This document shows positions 45,799-55,514 of a stretch of 64,000 nt of DNA, piece by piece. The stretch lies in the NCBI GenBank assembly GCA_022703445.1, contig JAKLDR010000003.1:36407-100406 (forward strand). The letters run 5' to 3'. This stretch comes from Planctomycetota bacterium. GTDB lineage: Bacteria > Planctomycetota > SZUA-567 > JAKLDR01. Position numbers and translations under genes: made by a program. Positions within the stretch are counted from its first letter, which is position 1. Every line of letters starts with the position of its first letter. The notes beneath the pieces are model-generated. The model worked only from the letters and a program-made list of their open reading frames with translations, made no database searches and had not been told where the DNA came from.

Positions 45799-47979
45799 CT
45801 ATCGGCTGCAGACCGAGCGGACCTCCTCCATGGTGGTGTGGCCGGCCAGGTGCTTCTCGATCCCATCCTGCTTGAGGGTGCGCATGCCCTGGCTTGCGGC
45901 CACCTTGCGGATCTCCGCGGCGCTGGCCTGGCGGCAGACCAGCTCCTTGATCTCGTCGGTGGCCACCAGCAGTTCGTGCACCGCCATGCGCCCGCGGTAG
46001 CCCAGGTCTCCGCACTCCGGACAGCCGCCGGGACGCGCGGAGCAGACCGGCCGGGCCGGCGGAAAGCCCAGCGCGTCGAAGGCCTCGTCGGCCCGGTATT
46101 CCTGGCGAAGGGCCCCCAGCCGCCCGGCGGTCAGCGGCCCGGCCAGGCGGCAGCGCCGACAGAGGGTGCGCACCAACCGCTGAGCGAGCACCCCCAGGAG
46201 CGCATCCGAGAAGGAGTAGGGATCCAGGCCCAGATTCAGAAGCCGCACCACGGTCTCCGGCGCGCTGTTGGTGTGCAGGGTGGAGAACACCAGGTGCCCG
46301 GTGAGGCTGGACTCCACGGCGATGCCGGCGGTCTCCCGGTCGCGCATCTCCCCGATCATGATCACATCCGGGTCGGCGCGCAGGAAGGAGCGCAGCGCCG
46401 AGGCGAAGGTCACGCCCGCCTTGGGATTGACCTGCACCTGGCGCAGGCCAGGCTGGCTGATCTCCACCGGATCCTCCACCGTGAGTATCTTGACGTCGTC
46501 CCGGCTGATCTGGGCCAGGGCGCTGTGCAGCGTGGTGGTCTTGCCCGAGCCGGTCGGCCCCACGCACAGGACGATCCCGTAGGGCTGGTGGATGAGTCGC
46601 AGGAAGGCCTCGCGGTTCGCAGCGGACAGGGCCAACTCGTCGATGGGCCGGGCCTGGGCGGCCGCCAGGAGGCGCAGCACGGCGTCCTCGGCGCCCGCGA
46701 CCGTGGGATAGGTCTCCACCCGGATGTCCAGGTCCAGCTTGGCCCAACGCCGGAACTTGATCTTGCCGGACTGCGGCTTGCGCCGTTCGGCGATGTCCAG
46801 GTCGGCCATGATCTTGAGCCTGGAAATCAGGGCCTTGCCGTGCTTACGGGGCAGGCTCCCCGTCCGACGCATGATCCCGTCGACCCGGTAGCGCACCGCG
46901 CCATCGCCCTGCACGGCGGGTTCGAAATGGATGTCCGAGGCGCCGAGGGCGTGGGCTTCCTCGATCCGCTGGTTGACCAGCCGGGCGACCTCGCTGTCGT
47001 CCTCCAGGATGGAACGGTCCTCCTCCTCCTGGAGCGATGCCAGCTGCTCGGCGGACAGGCTGTCGACCAGATCGCCGGTGCCGGCGTCGTCCCGGGCGGG
47101 CTCCACCCCGGCCAGCCGGTCGAGGGCCGCAAGGATGTCCTCGGCCAGGGCCACGCGGCACTCCAGGGCCCCGCCGTCCAGCAGCGACCGGACGTGGTCG
47201 CGGGCGACAACGTCCTTGGGGTTGGCCATGGCCACCACGGTCTTCCAGCCAACGGTTGCCACCGGCACGCTCAGTGTGGACCGGAGCTGGTCGATGTGTT
47301 CCAGCACGGCCTGGCGGGGCGGTTCCGGCGGACTGGAGAAATCGTGGGCGGCGCAGCCGAAGAAGTCCTCCAGGCTGGCCAGCAGCTCAGCCTTGGGGAC
47401 CCCGTAGGCCCCGAGCAGGACCTGGTCGGCGGAGATGCCCTCCTCCTTGGCCACGCCCATGGCCATCTCCACCTGCCGCTCGGTGAGCACTCCGCGGTCG
47501 ATCAGACCCTGATGGCGGCTGCGGCGCCGGCCGAAGTCATCGATGCGATGGCTGTGGGCCTCGGTGGCGCTGCCAAGCTCGCTGAGGATCTTCGCGGCGG
47601 GCCCGGAGGGGGCGACGAAGTGCTCGAACAGCCGCGCCTCGATCATGAAGGTCTCGATCTCCTGGGCCATGGCCAGGGCCCGGAGCGCCGAGACCCCGTT
47701 GGCGTCCACGTCCTCCAGGCGGGAGCTGGTCTGCTCGACGGCCCGCAACACCAGGACGGTCAGCCGCCCGACATTGGCCGCGGTCAGCGCCTGCTCGTCG
47801 GCAATGGTCCGGAGCTGGCGGAGCAGCCTGCCGTGGCCCGCCTCTTCGGCGGCCAGCCGATCCCAGAACTCGCGCTGGCCGGAAAGCTTGGTGGCGAAGA
47901 TCTCGTAGAGCCGCTGGATCGCCTCCTCGTGGGCGGCGAGCAGCTCGATCAGCCGCAGGACTTCAGCGTTGCCTGGCAT
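45799..47979 (-). CDS. GspE/PilB-family ATPase with N-terminal ferritin/rubrerythrin-like domain
   Basis: GPTGSGKTT, TVEDPVE, RADPDVIMIGEMRD, GHLVFSTLHTN, CxxC..CxxC; N-terminal EExxH and ExxH helices. Confidence 0.88.
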   Translation of the reverse strand: MPGNAEVLRLIELLAAHEEAIQRLYEIFATKLSGQREFWDRLAAEEAGHGRLLRQLRTIADEQALTAANVGRLTVLVLRAVEQTSSRLEDVDANGVSALRALAMAQEIETFMIEARLFEHFVAPSGPAAKILSELGSATEAHSHRIDDFGRRRSRHQGLIDRGVLTERQVEMAMGVAKEEGISADQVLLGAYGVPKAELLASLEDFFGCAAHDFSSPPEPPRQAVLEHIDQLRSTLSVPVATVGWKTVVAMANPKDVVARDHVRSLLDGGALECRVALAEDILAALDRLAGVEPARDDAGTGDLVDSLSAEQLASLQEEEDRSILEDDSEVARLVNQRIEEAHALGASDIHFEPAVQGDGAVRYRVDGIMRRTGSLPRKHGKALISRLKIMADLDIAERRKPQSGKIKFRRWAKLDLDIRVETYPTVAGAEDAVLRLLAAAQARPIDELALSAANREAFLRLIHQPYGIVLCVGPTGSGKTTTLHSALAQISRDDVKILTVEDPVEISQPGLRQVQVNPKAGVTFASALRSFLRADPDVIMIGEMRDRETAGIAVESSLTGHLVFSTLHTNSAPETVVRLLNLGLDPYSFSDALLGVLAQRLVRTLCRRCRLAGPLTAGRLGALRQEYRADEAFDALGFPPARPVCSARPGGCPECGDLGYRGRMAVHELLVATDEIKELVCRQASAAEIRKVAASQGMRTLKQDGIEKHLAGHTTMEEVRSVCSR

Positions 47980-48024
47980 TCAGGTCTTCGCGTCCCCTCA
48001 CGGCCCGGCTTCGGGCGGGCGGAC

Positions 48025-49392
48025 TCAGCGCGGCACAGGCTGCGGCCGGAAGCGGCTGGCGCCCTGGACCATGCAGGTGCGCACCCAGGCCTGCTCGTTG
48101 CCGTCCGGGAAGTGGTCGATCTGGCAGTGCAGATGGTGCTCACCCTCGTACTCGACGGGCTCGACCCGCTGCGGCGTGCACCCCATGTTCAGGGACCGGT
48201 TCAGGCTGGGGCAGTCCACCTGGATGTCCATGCGCAGGGCCTCCTCCGCGATGCGCCCGGCGCTCACGCCGCCGGGCAGCGGTCCGACCAGCAGGAGCTC
48301 CGAGGCGGATATCTCGCGGGTCAGACCGAAGCTGGGCCCGTTGTCCACCGGGGCCTTGCGTTGGCTGTCCAGGAAGCGGTACTCCGCCCGGAGTTGGGCG
48401 GGGAAGCGCAGCAGATAGCGGGCCGGGCCCTCCGTCTGGTTGTAGACCAGCTTGCGCCAGGCGGCCATGGCCGACTCGGGGGCCACGCACACCCGGATCC
48501 GGCGGCCCAGTCCCGCGCGGAGTTCCTCGACCGCGGCCGGGGCGGGCGGGACGCCCATGGCCAGGGTCACGGCGCCGTCCTGCTCGCCGAGCGGGATGGA
48601 GTGGTGCTTCATGAGCAGGTGCCGGGGCAGCGCGGCGGCCAGCTTCAGGTCCGGCTTCTCGACACCCGGGTCGGCGAAAGGCAGCCGGGCCTGCTCGGCC
48701 AGGGCCCTGGCCACGGCGGCCTCGTCGACCAGGCCGCGCTGGACCAGTTCCTGCCCGATGGGGTGTATCCCGGAGAACTCATCCTTGAGAAACCGCTCGA
48801 AGCGCATCGGGTCCAGAGCCCCGTTGTGCAGCAGAATCTCGCCCAGGAAGAGCTTGTCCCGGCCGGCGTCCGGCGGCGCATCCGACCCGGTCGGGACGGA
48901 GGACGCCCGCTCCGCGGAGCTTTCCGGTTTCCCGGAATCGGAGAGGGCCTTCTCCGACCGGCCGGGCTCGTGCTGGCTGGCCCCTGTCGACAGAGGCTCC
49001 GTGCGCCAGACGCGCAGTTTGGTCATGGCCAGCGAGACCAGCACCTCCTTGAGTCGCTCGCGGATGCCGGCATCCAGCCCCAGGAAACTGACGCCCACGC
49101 CCACCCGCCCACGGCGGTCGCGCGGATCGATCCGGTGGACGATGCTCCAGACCTCGAAACCCCGACTCTCGCCTTCCACCTTCAGATGGAACCCCATTCC
49201 GTCGCCGATCTGCAGGGGGAAGCGGGCCTCCTCCGGCCAGTCGAAGAGCAGGTGCACGCCGCCATCGCTGATGTCGGCCACCAGCGCCTGGTCCGGCAGC
49301 GTCCCGCAGCGCTCGCAGGTGAACCCCGCGGCGCTGCTCAGCTTGGAGGTCAGGCGCACACCCTGGCGCCGCTCCGCCCTCGATTCGATCAT
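48025..49392 (-). CDS. PilZ - MshEN/GspE-N - PilZ-like protein
   Basis: ERRQGVR...DISDGG; LFLGEILL and IGQELVQRGLV; RFPAQL...REISAS. Confidence 0.72.
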   Translation of the reverse strand: MIESRAERRQGVRLTSKLSSAAGFTCERCGTLPDQALVADISDGGVHLLFDWPEEARFPLQIGDGMGFHLKVEGESRGFEVWSIVHRIDPRDRRGRVGVGVSFLGLDAGIRERLKEVLVSLAMTKLRVWRTEPLSTGASQHEPGRSEKALSDSGKPESSAERASSVPTGSDAPPDAGRDKLFLGEILLHNGALDPMRFERFLKDEFSGIHPIGQELVQRGLVDEAAVARALAEQARLPFADPGVEKPDLKLAAALPRHLLMKHHSIPLGEQDGAVTLAMGVPPAPAAVEELRAGLGRRIRVCVAPESAMAAWRKLVYNQTEGPARYLLRFPAQLRAEYRFLDSQRKAPVDNGPSFGLTREISASELLLVGPLPGGVSAGRIAEEALRMDIQVDCPSLNRSLNMGCTPQRVEPVEYEGEHHLHCQIDHFPDGNEQAWVRTCMVQGASRFRPQPVPR

Positions 49393-49432
49393 GGCTGGCC
49401 CTCCCGGCTGCGGACTCACGATGACGTCCTGG

Positions 49433-49448
49433 AGCAAGGCTCGTGCCA
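49433..49448 (-). promoter_or_regulatory. sigma54 (-24/-12) promoter
   Basis: TGGCACG-AGCC-TTGCT on the minus strand, full consensus. Confidence 0.85.
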
Positions 49449-49542
49449 TCGGAGCCCTGCCTGGAAACCGGGCGGAACGGCCGTTATGCCTCATCGATTG
49501 CGATGGTGGACGGCAGCGCCTCTAGTCTTTGGAATCGGTCCT

Positions 49543-49570
49543 TTGACAAGGGGAGGGAATAACTTACACT
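49543..49570 (+). promoter_or_regulatory. sigma70 promoter of the kinase/activator pair
   Basis: TTGACA (49543-49548) - 16 nt - TACACT (49565-49570) in an AT-rich patch. Confidence 0.65.
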
Positions 49571-49609
49571 GCGAAGCCGTAAAGCACCCGGAAGGCGGGA
49601 TAGCGATCT

Positions 49610-50380
49610 GTGGACCAGGCCATAGTGAACAGCGGCGACACGGCGGCGAAATTCGCTGGACCCCGGCGGCGGGAGCGCGATGTGCAGGCCCCTGGCCGGG
49701 AGCAGGCTCTGGTGCTTAGCGAGCTGGCCTCCAGCCTGGCCCACGAGATGAAGAACCCCCTGGCGGGCATGATGCTTTCGGCCGGCCGCCTGGAGCGGGC
49801 GCTGCACCAAGACGAGAAGCTCGGGCTCATCGCCGGATCCCTGTGCGCGTCCATCCGCGCCCTGTCCGATACCGTGGACCGCATAACCGGGGCGATGGGC
49901 CAGCCGGAGCCGAACCTGGAACCGATGGATCTCAACCGGGCCATAGAGGATGCGGCCGGGGTCATCGAGCGCCAGGCCGAGGCCCAGGGGATCAGGATCG
50001 TCCGGGCGCTGGCCCCGGGAATCCCCGCGGTCCGCGGTGACCCGGCGCTGCTCGGGTGTGCGCTCCGGAACATCCTGGCCAACGCCGTCGAGGCCATGCC
50101 CTCCGGGGGCGTCCTGCGCCTGGAGTCGCGGGCCACGCCGGAGGGCGGGGCCGAGGCGCTCGTCGCGGACAGCGGTCCGGGCGTGCCTCCCGAGCTGGCC
50201 GCCAATCCCTTCAAGCCGTTCCGCTCCACCAAGCCGGGCCGGGCCGGGCTGGGGCTGAGCTTGGTGCGCCGGGTGCTGGAGCTGCACGGCGGCGAGGCCG
50301 GGCTGCGCCCGGGCGCGGGCGGCGGGACCGAGGCGGTGCTCGCGTTCCCCGCGGCCGGAGAGGGCGGTCGACCGGCATGA
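49610..50380 (+). CDS. Histidine kinase (HisKA + HATPase) without an evident sensor domain
   Basis: LAHEMKNPLAGM, NILANAVEAM, DSGPGV, GLGLSLV. Confidence 0.88.
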   Translation: MDQAIVNSGDTAAKFAGPRRRERDVQAPGREQALVLSELASSLAHEMKNPLAGMMLSAGRLERALHQDEKLGLIAGSLCASIRALSDTVDRITGAMGQPEPNLEPMDLNRAIEDAAGVIERQAEAQGIRIVRALAPGIPAVRGDPALLGCALRNILANAVEAMPSGGVLRLESRATPEGGAEALVADSGPGVPPELAANPFKPFRSTKPGRAGLGLSLVRRVLELHGGEAGLRPGAGGGTEAVLAFPAAGEGGRPA

Positions 50381-51735
50381 GGACTCCGCCCAGGATCCTG
50401 GTCATCGAGGACGACACCGACGTCCGCGAGCAGTTGCTGGCCACCTTCCGCGACGAGGGCTACGAAGTCACGGCCTGCGGCACGGTCCGGGAGGGCAAGG
50501 CCCTCCTGAAGAGCACCGGCTTCGCCCTGGTGACCACCGACCTGCGCCTGCCCGACGCCAGCGGCCTGGAGGTGGTGCGGCACATCCAGGCCTCCTGCCC
50601 GGACTGTCCGGTCCTGGTGCTCACCGCCTTCGCCAGCGTCGACTCGGCGGTCGAGGCCATGCGCCACGGGGCGTTTCACTACCTGGCCAAGCCCTTCTCG
50701 GTGAACGGCCTGTTGGTCGAGGTCGAGCGGGCCCTGGAGCACGCGCGGCTGCTCCGCGAGCGGAGCCAGCTCCGGGAGCGGCTCTCGGCCGAGAGCGGCC
50801 TGGGCCGCATCCTGGGCGGCAGTCCGGCCATCGAGTCGGTGCGCGGGCTGATCCGCGAGGTGGCCAGGACCTCCACCACCGTGCTGATCACCGGCGAGAC
50901 CGGGACCGGCAAGGAACTGGTGGCCAACGCCCTGCACTACGAGAGCCCCCGGGCCACCGGTCCGCTGGTCAAGCTGAACTGCGCTGCGCTCACCGAGACC
51001 CTGCTGGAGTCGGAGCTCTTCGGTCACGAGAAGGGCGCCTTTACCGGGGCCGAGCGCTCCCGTGCGGGCCGGTTCGAGCGGGCCGACGGCGGGACCCTGT
51101 TCCTGGACGAGATATCGGAGATGGGCCCCCACGTCCAGGCCAAGCTGCTGCGGGTGCTCCAGGGCGAGGCTTTCGAGCGGGTGGGCGGCGACCAGCCGCT
51201 GCGGCCGGACGTCCGGTTGGTGGCCGCCACCAACCGTGATCCGCAGCAGGCGGTCGCGGAGGGCAAGCTGCGCCAGGACCTGTTCTTCCGGCTGAACATC
51301 GTCTGCGTCGAAGTCCCCCCGCTCCGGAAGCGGCCCGAGGACATCCCGCTGCTGGCCAGGCACTTTCTGGGGATCTTCGCGGACCGGTTCGGCAGAGGCC
51401 AGGCCTCCCTGGACGACGAGGCGCTCAACGCCCTGTGCGCCTACCCGTGGCCCGGGAACGTCCGGGAGCTGGAGAACTGCATCGAACGGGCGGTGATCGT
51501 GGCGCAGGACGGCACCGTGCGCCGGCGGAACCTCCCCGCGCCCATCAGCGGGATCGAAGCAGAGCCGCCCGGCGCGCCCCTGAACCTCGAAGCCCTGGAG
51601 AAGCGGGCCATCCTGCAGGCCCTGCGCGAAACGGGCGGCAACAAGTCCCAGGCCGCCGCCAAGTTGGGGATCTTCCCCTCTTCCCTTTATAAGAAGATGA
51701 AACGCTTTGACATACCTCTGCAGCCTGAACCGTAG
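50377..51735 (+). CDS. sigma54-dependent response regulator (NtrC/AtoC type)
   Basis: REC domain; GETGTGKE; GAFTGA; FLDEI; WPGNVRELEN; Fis-type HTH. Confidence 0.95.
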   Translation: MRTPPRILVIEDDTDVREQLLATFRDEGYEVTACGTVREGKALLKSTGFALVTTDLRLPDASGLEVVRHIQASCPDCPVLVLTAFASVDSAVEAMRHGAFHYLAKPFSVNGLLVEVERALEHARLLRERSQLRERLSAESGLGRILGGSPAIESVRGLIREVARTSTTVLITGETGTGKELVANALHYESPRATGPLVKLNCAALTETLLESELFGHEKGAFTGAERSRAGRFERADGGTLFLDEISEMGPHVQAKLLRVLQGEAFERVGGDQPLRPDVRLVAATNRDPQQAVAEGKLRQDLFFRLNIVCVEVPPLRKRPEDIPLLARHFLGIFADRFGRGQASLDDEALNALCAYPWPGNVRELENCIERAVIVAQDGTVRRRNLPAPISGIEAEPPGAPLNLEALEKRAILQALRETGGNKSQAAAKLGIFPSSLYKKMKRFDIPLQPEP

Positions 51736-51823
51736 CCTTCGGCCATGGCCGCGTCTGCCGGACACAGCTGAAGTGTACGCTCGTAGCCTCTGCGCAGCAC
51801 ACCCCCACCGCAGCCTGATTCCG

Positions 51824-51839
51824 TGGCATGGAGCTTGCG
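51824..51839 (+). promoter_or_regulatory. sigma54 (-24/-12) promoter
   Basis: TGGCATG-GAGC-TTGCG. Confidence 0.75.
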
Positions 51840-51883
51840 AATCCGCGCTGCGTGGGCGAACTGACAGCTAAGGAGGGCCGATA

Positions 51884-52264
51884 GTGGCGAAGATCCTGGT
51901 GCTCGACGATGAGAGTCAGTGGCTGGAGCTGGTTCGGGACAAGCTCCTCGCCATGGGCCACGAGGTGCGGACCACGGCCGACTGCCTGGACGCCCTCAGA
52001 CAGATCGAGGCCGACCTTCCCGACCTGGCAATCATAGACCTACGCATGCCGGTCAGCGGGAGCACCATGCTCCGAGCGATGCGCGAGGACTGGCCGGAGC
52101 TACCGGTGGTGATGCACACCGTCTACAGCGGCTATCGCGACGCCCCCAGTCTCAATGGCATCGCCGGCTTCGCAGTCAAGAACCCGGAGCTGACCGAGCT
52201 GATCAAGGTGGTGGAGAACGTGCTGGCGCAGAAGCAGCGCTGCGCCGAGACGTCTTCGACTTGA
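51884..52264 (+). CDS. Single-domain response regulator
   Basis: KILVLDDE, DLAIIDLRMP; AAGGAGG before GTG. Confidence 0.88.
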   Translation: MAKILVLDDESQWLELVRDKLLAMGHEVRTTADCLDALRQIEADLPDLAIIDLRMPVSGSTMLRAMREDWPELPVVMHTVYSGYRDAPSLNGIAGFAVKNPELTELIKVVENVLAQKQRCAETSST

Positions 52265-52358
52265 TGCCCTGGAGGTTGGACGCGACTGCCTGGCCATCGC
52301 GATGCGCGCACCAGTGGCCATGCGGCCCATTGGGGAGCTCGCACGAAGGGAGGATCCG

Positions 52359-52550
52359 ATGAAGGTCCTGGTCGACGCCAACCTCTGCGAGGGATGCGGC
52401 CCGTGCGAAGAGGTCTGCCCGGAGGTGTTCCGGATAGTCGACAACCTCGCCCGGGTCATAGCCGATCCGGTGCCCCCCGAGTCCGAAGGGGCCTGCCGTC
52501 AGGCGGTCGAGAGCTGTCCGACCAACGCCATATCCGTTGTGGAAGAGTAG
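52359..52550 (+). CDS. Ferredoxin (single cluster type)
   Basis: CEGCGPCEEVCPEVF...CPTNAI; GGGAGG RBS. Confidence 0.9.
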   Translation: MKVLVDANLCEGCGPCEEVCPEVFRIVDNLARVIADPVPPESEGACRQAVESCPTNAISVVEE

Positions 52551-52585
52551 GATCACATCGAGCCGAAGAGGCGTCGGGACCAAAC

Positions 52586-53152
52586 ATGCAGGTAATTGGC
52601 CCGTTGATGATCGAGCACCGCCTGATCGGGCGCATGCTCGCGCTCGTGCGCCTCGAACTGGAGGGTGTCCGGCGCGGCCGACCGCTGAACCCCGGCTTCG
52701 TCCAGGCGGCGGTCGACTTCATCCGCGTCTATGCGGACCGGGTCCATCACGGCAAGGAGGAGGACCTTCTGTTCCGCGAACTGGCCCGGAAGAGCCTGAC
52801 GCCGCCTGACCGGGCGGCGATGGATGAGCTGGTCAGGGAGCACGCCTGGGCGCGCAAGCGCGCCGGAGAACTGGCCGGCGCCTCCGAGCGGCTGGCCGGG
52901 GGTGGTTCGGGGGCTGCCGACGATATCGCCAAGGCTCTCCTGGACCTGGTCGAGTTCTACCCGAAGCACATCGAACGCGAGGACCGAAGGTTCTTCCCCG
53001 CTGCCACGGCGTACCTCTCCGAGCAGGAGCAGCAGGCCATGCTCCGGGAGTTTGCGGATTTCGACCGCGGTCTGATCCACGAGATATACAGGGGGCTGGT
53101 CGCCAGCCTCGAGATGGCCCGATTGCCGGGGCAAGAGCCGGAATCAGATTAG
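52586..53152 (+). CDS. Hemerythrin/HHE cation-binding domain protein
   Basis: EHRLI, HHGKEEDLLF, EHAWAR, HIEREDRRFFP. Confidence 0.88.
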   Translation: MQVIGPLMIEHRLIGRMLALVRLELEGVRRGRPLNPGFVQAAVDFIRVYADRVHHGKEEDLLFRELARKSLTPPDRAAMDELVREHAWARKRAGELAGASERLAGGGSGAADDIAKALLDLVEFYPKHIEREDRRFFPAATAYLSEQEQQAMLREFADFDRGLIHEIYRGLVASLEMARLPGQEPESD

Positions 53153-53357
53153 CCAGGAATTACCTGCGTCCGAGTCCCGTTGACCTTGCGCATCCTGAAG
53201 AAGGAAAGCTCCGGCCGCGACGGGCCGGGAACGAGTTGGAGGAAGGGGGCCAGGCAACCCGCGGGCAAGGCGACGCCCCGATGCCAACGCACGTGGCTCC
53301 GCCCGGTGGCGGCGCCTGACGGATACGACCTGAGGCACTCTGACGGGAGAGACTGAG

Positions 53358-53582
53358 ATGGAAAGCGCCACGAACAAGACCGAAACCCAGGAGCTCCGCG
53401 AGAAGCTGGACGTGCTCAAGCAGGACTTCGTCGATGTCGCCAGGACGGCGAAGGCCCGCGCGGTCGACGGCACCACCCAATGGGTCAGGGAGCACCCCCT
53501 GGCAGGCATGGGCATCGCAGCGGGCCTCGGCGCAGGCGTCGGGCTGGCGATCGGCCTGTTGGTCGGACGCAACCGCAGTTAG
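53358..53582 (+). CDS. DUF883 / ElaB-YqjD-like tail-anchored small protein
   Basis: LREKLDVLKQD...WVREHPLAGMGIAAGLGAGVGLAIGLLVGR. Confidence 0.75.
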   Translation: MESATNKTETQELREKLDVLKQDFVDVARTAKARAVDGTTQWVREHPLAGMGIAAGLGAGVGLAIGLLVGRNRS

Positions 53583-53627
53583 CACAGGCATAGCGGCCGC
53601 GGGATCATTCCGCACGGGACGTCCGAA

Positions 53628-55460
53628 ATGTGCGGGATAATCGGCTGCGTGGGCCGCACGCCCGCCGCGGCCATCGTGCTCGACGGTCTGCAGGCCCTCG
53701 AATACCGCGGCTACGATTCGGCGGGCCTGGCCGTCCTGGATGGCGACAAGCTCCTGGTCGAGCGGGTCTCCGGCCGGATCGCCGACCTCCGGGCCCGGCT
53801 AGCGGGCCGCCGGCTCCCGGGCACGACGGCCATCGGCCACACGCGCTGGGCCACCCACGGCATGCCCAGCGAGGCCAACGCCCACCCTCATGCGGACTGC
53901 GCCGGCCGGGTGGCGGTCGTGCACAACGGGATCATCGAGAATCATCGCGCGCTCCGCCGGGCGCTGGAAGCCGATGGCCACAAGTTCAGCTCGGAGACCG
54001 ACTCGGAGGTGCTCGCCCACCTGGTGGAGCGGAGCCTGGCCGGCGGGGCCGACCTGCCCTCGGCGCTCCGGCGGGCCATGCGCGAAATCGAGGGCTCGGC
54101 GGCGGTGGCCTGCATCTCGGCCGACTCGCCGGGCGTGATCGTCGCGGCGCGCCGGGGGAGCCCGCTGGCCATCGGCGTGTCCGAGGGCCGGCAGTTCGTG
54201 GCCTCCGACGCCCTGCCCATCGTCGAGCACACCCGCCGGGTCATCTACCTGGAGGACGACGAGCTGGCGGTTCTCGCCTCCGACCGGGTCGAGCTGTTTG
54301 ACCGCGACGGGCTGCCCGTGCCGCGATCGCCCACCGTCATCGTCTGGAACGCGGTGGCCATCCAGAAGGAAGGCTACGCACACTTCATGCTCAAGGAGAT
54401 CCACGAGCAGCCCCGGGCCATCGAAGACACGCTCCGCGGGCGGGTCGCCCCGGGCCTCATTGGCGTCGAGTTCGGCGAGGAACTGCCGGCCGGGCTCCTC
54501 GCCGGCATGCAGCGCATGGTCATCGTCGGGATGGGCACGTCCTGGCACGCCGGCCTCATCGGCCGGAACATGATCGAGCGCCTGGCCCGCCTGCCCGTTC
54601 AGGTGGACTACGCTGCCGATTTCCGGTACCGGGATCCGGTGATCGACGAGCACACCCTGGTGCTGGCCATCTCCCAGTCCGGGGAGACGGCCGACACCCT
54701 GGAAGCCGTGCGCCTGGCCAAGTCCCTGGGAGTCCGCACGGCGGTCATCGCCAACGTGGTGGACTCGTCACTGGCCCGCGAAGCGGATGGCGTCCTCTAC
54801 ACCCGTGCCGGGCCCGAGGTGGGGGTGGCCTCCACCAAGGCCTTCACCAGCCAGATCACCGCGCTCTGCATGCTGGCCATCCGCCTCGGGCTGGAGCGCG
54901 GGGCGCTGGCCAAGGCGGAGGCCGTCCGGCGCATCAACGACCTCTGCGCCACCGGCGGGGAACTCCGCAAGGTGCTGGATACGGGCGCGGCGGTCGAGCG
55001 GCTCGCCGGGAAATACGCCCAGGCGCGGGACTTCCTGTTCCTGGGGCGCGGCGCGGGGTACCCGCTGGCCCTTGAAGGGGCGCTGAAGCTCAAGGAGGTG
55101 GCCTACATTCACGCCGAGGGCTACCACGCCGCCGAGATGAAGCACGGTCCCATCGCGCTGGTCGACGCCAACATGCCGGTGCTCTTCCTGGCCCTGAAGG
55201 GCCGGCGCTACGAGAAGATCATGAGCAACATCCAGGAGATCCGGGCCCGCGGCGGCAGGGTCATTGCCGTGGCCTCGCTCGGCGACGAGGAGATCGTCAA
55301 CCAGGCCGACGACGTGCTCTACGTGCCCGACGAGGTGGGCATGATGAACGCGGTCCTGGCAACCGTGCCGCTGCAGCTGCTCGCCTACCACGTGGCGGTG
55401 GCCCGCGGCTGCGACGTGGACCGGCCGCGGAACCTGGCCAAGAGCGTTACCGTGGAGTGA
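53628..55460 (+). CDS. glmS: Glutamine-fructose-6-phosphate transaminase (isomerizing)
   Basis: MCGI start; LEYRGYDSAG; GHTRWATHG; SQSGETADT; VASTKAFT; EMKHGPIAL; PRNLAKSVTVE. Confidence 0.97.
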   Translation: MCGIIGCVGRTPAAAIVLDGLQALEYRGYDSAGLAVLDGDKLLVERVSGRIADLRARLAGRRLPGTTAIGHTRWATHGMPSEANAHPHADCAGRVAVVHNGIIENHRALRRALEADGHKFSSETDSEVLAHLVERSLAGGADLPSALRRAMREIEGSAAVACISADSPGVIVAARRGSPLAIGVSEGRQFVASDALPIVEHTRRVIYLEDDELAVLASDRVELFDRDGLPVPRSPTVIVWNAVAIQKEGYAHFMLKEIHEQPRAIEDTLRGRVAPGLIGVEFGEELPAGLLAGMQRMVIVGMGTSWHAGLIGRNMIERLARLPVQVDYAADFRYRDPVIDEHTLVLAISQSGETADTLEAVRLAKSLGVRTAVIANVVDSSLAREADGVLYTRAGPEVGVASTKAFTSQITALCMLAIRLGLERGALAKAEAVRRINDLCATGGELRKVLDTGAAVERLAGKYAQARDFLFLGRGAGYPLALEGALKLKEVAYIHAEGYHAAEMKHGPIALVDANMPVLFLALKGRRYEKIMSNIQEIRARGGRVIAVASLGDEEIVNQADDVLYVPDEVGMMNAVLATVPLQLLAYHVAVARGCDVDRPRNLAKSVTVE

Positions 55461-55514
55461 GGCCGAGGACGAAGGCAGCCTGCCGGGCCGTGTTGCGCAT
55501 GATGCTCCAGGGCC

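Noticed and set aside
51731-51789. CGTAGCCT direct repeat and ACAC..GTGT palindrome as the activator enhancer
   Set aside because: The motifs are short and I could not find them upstream of the other sigma54 boxes.
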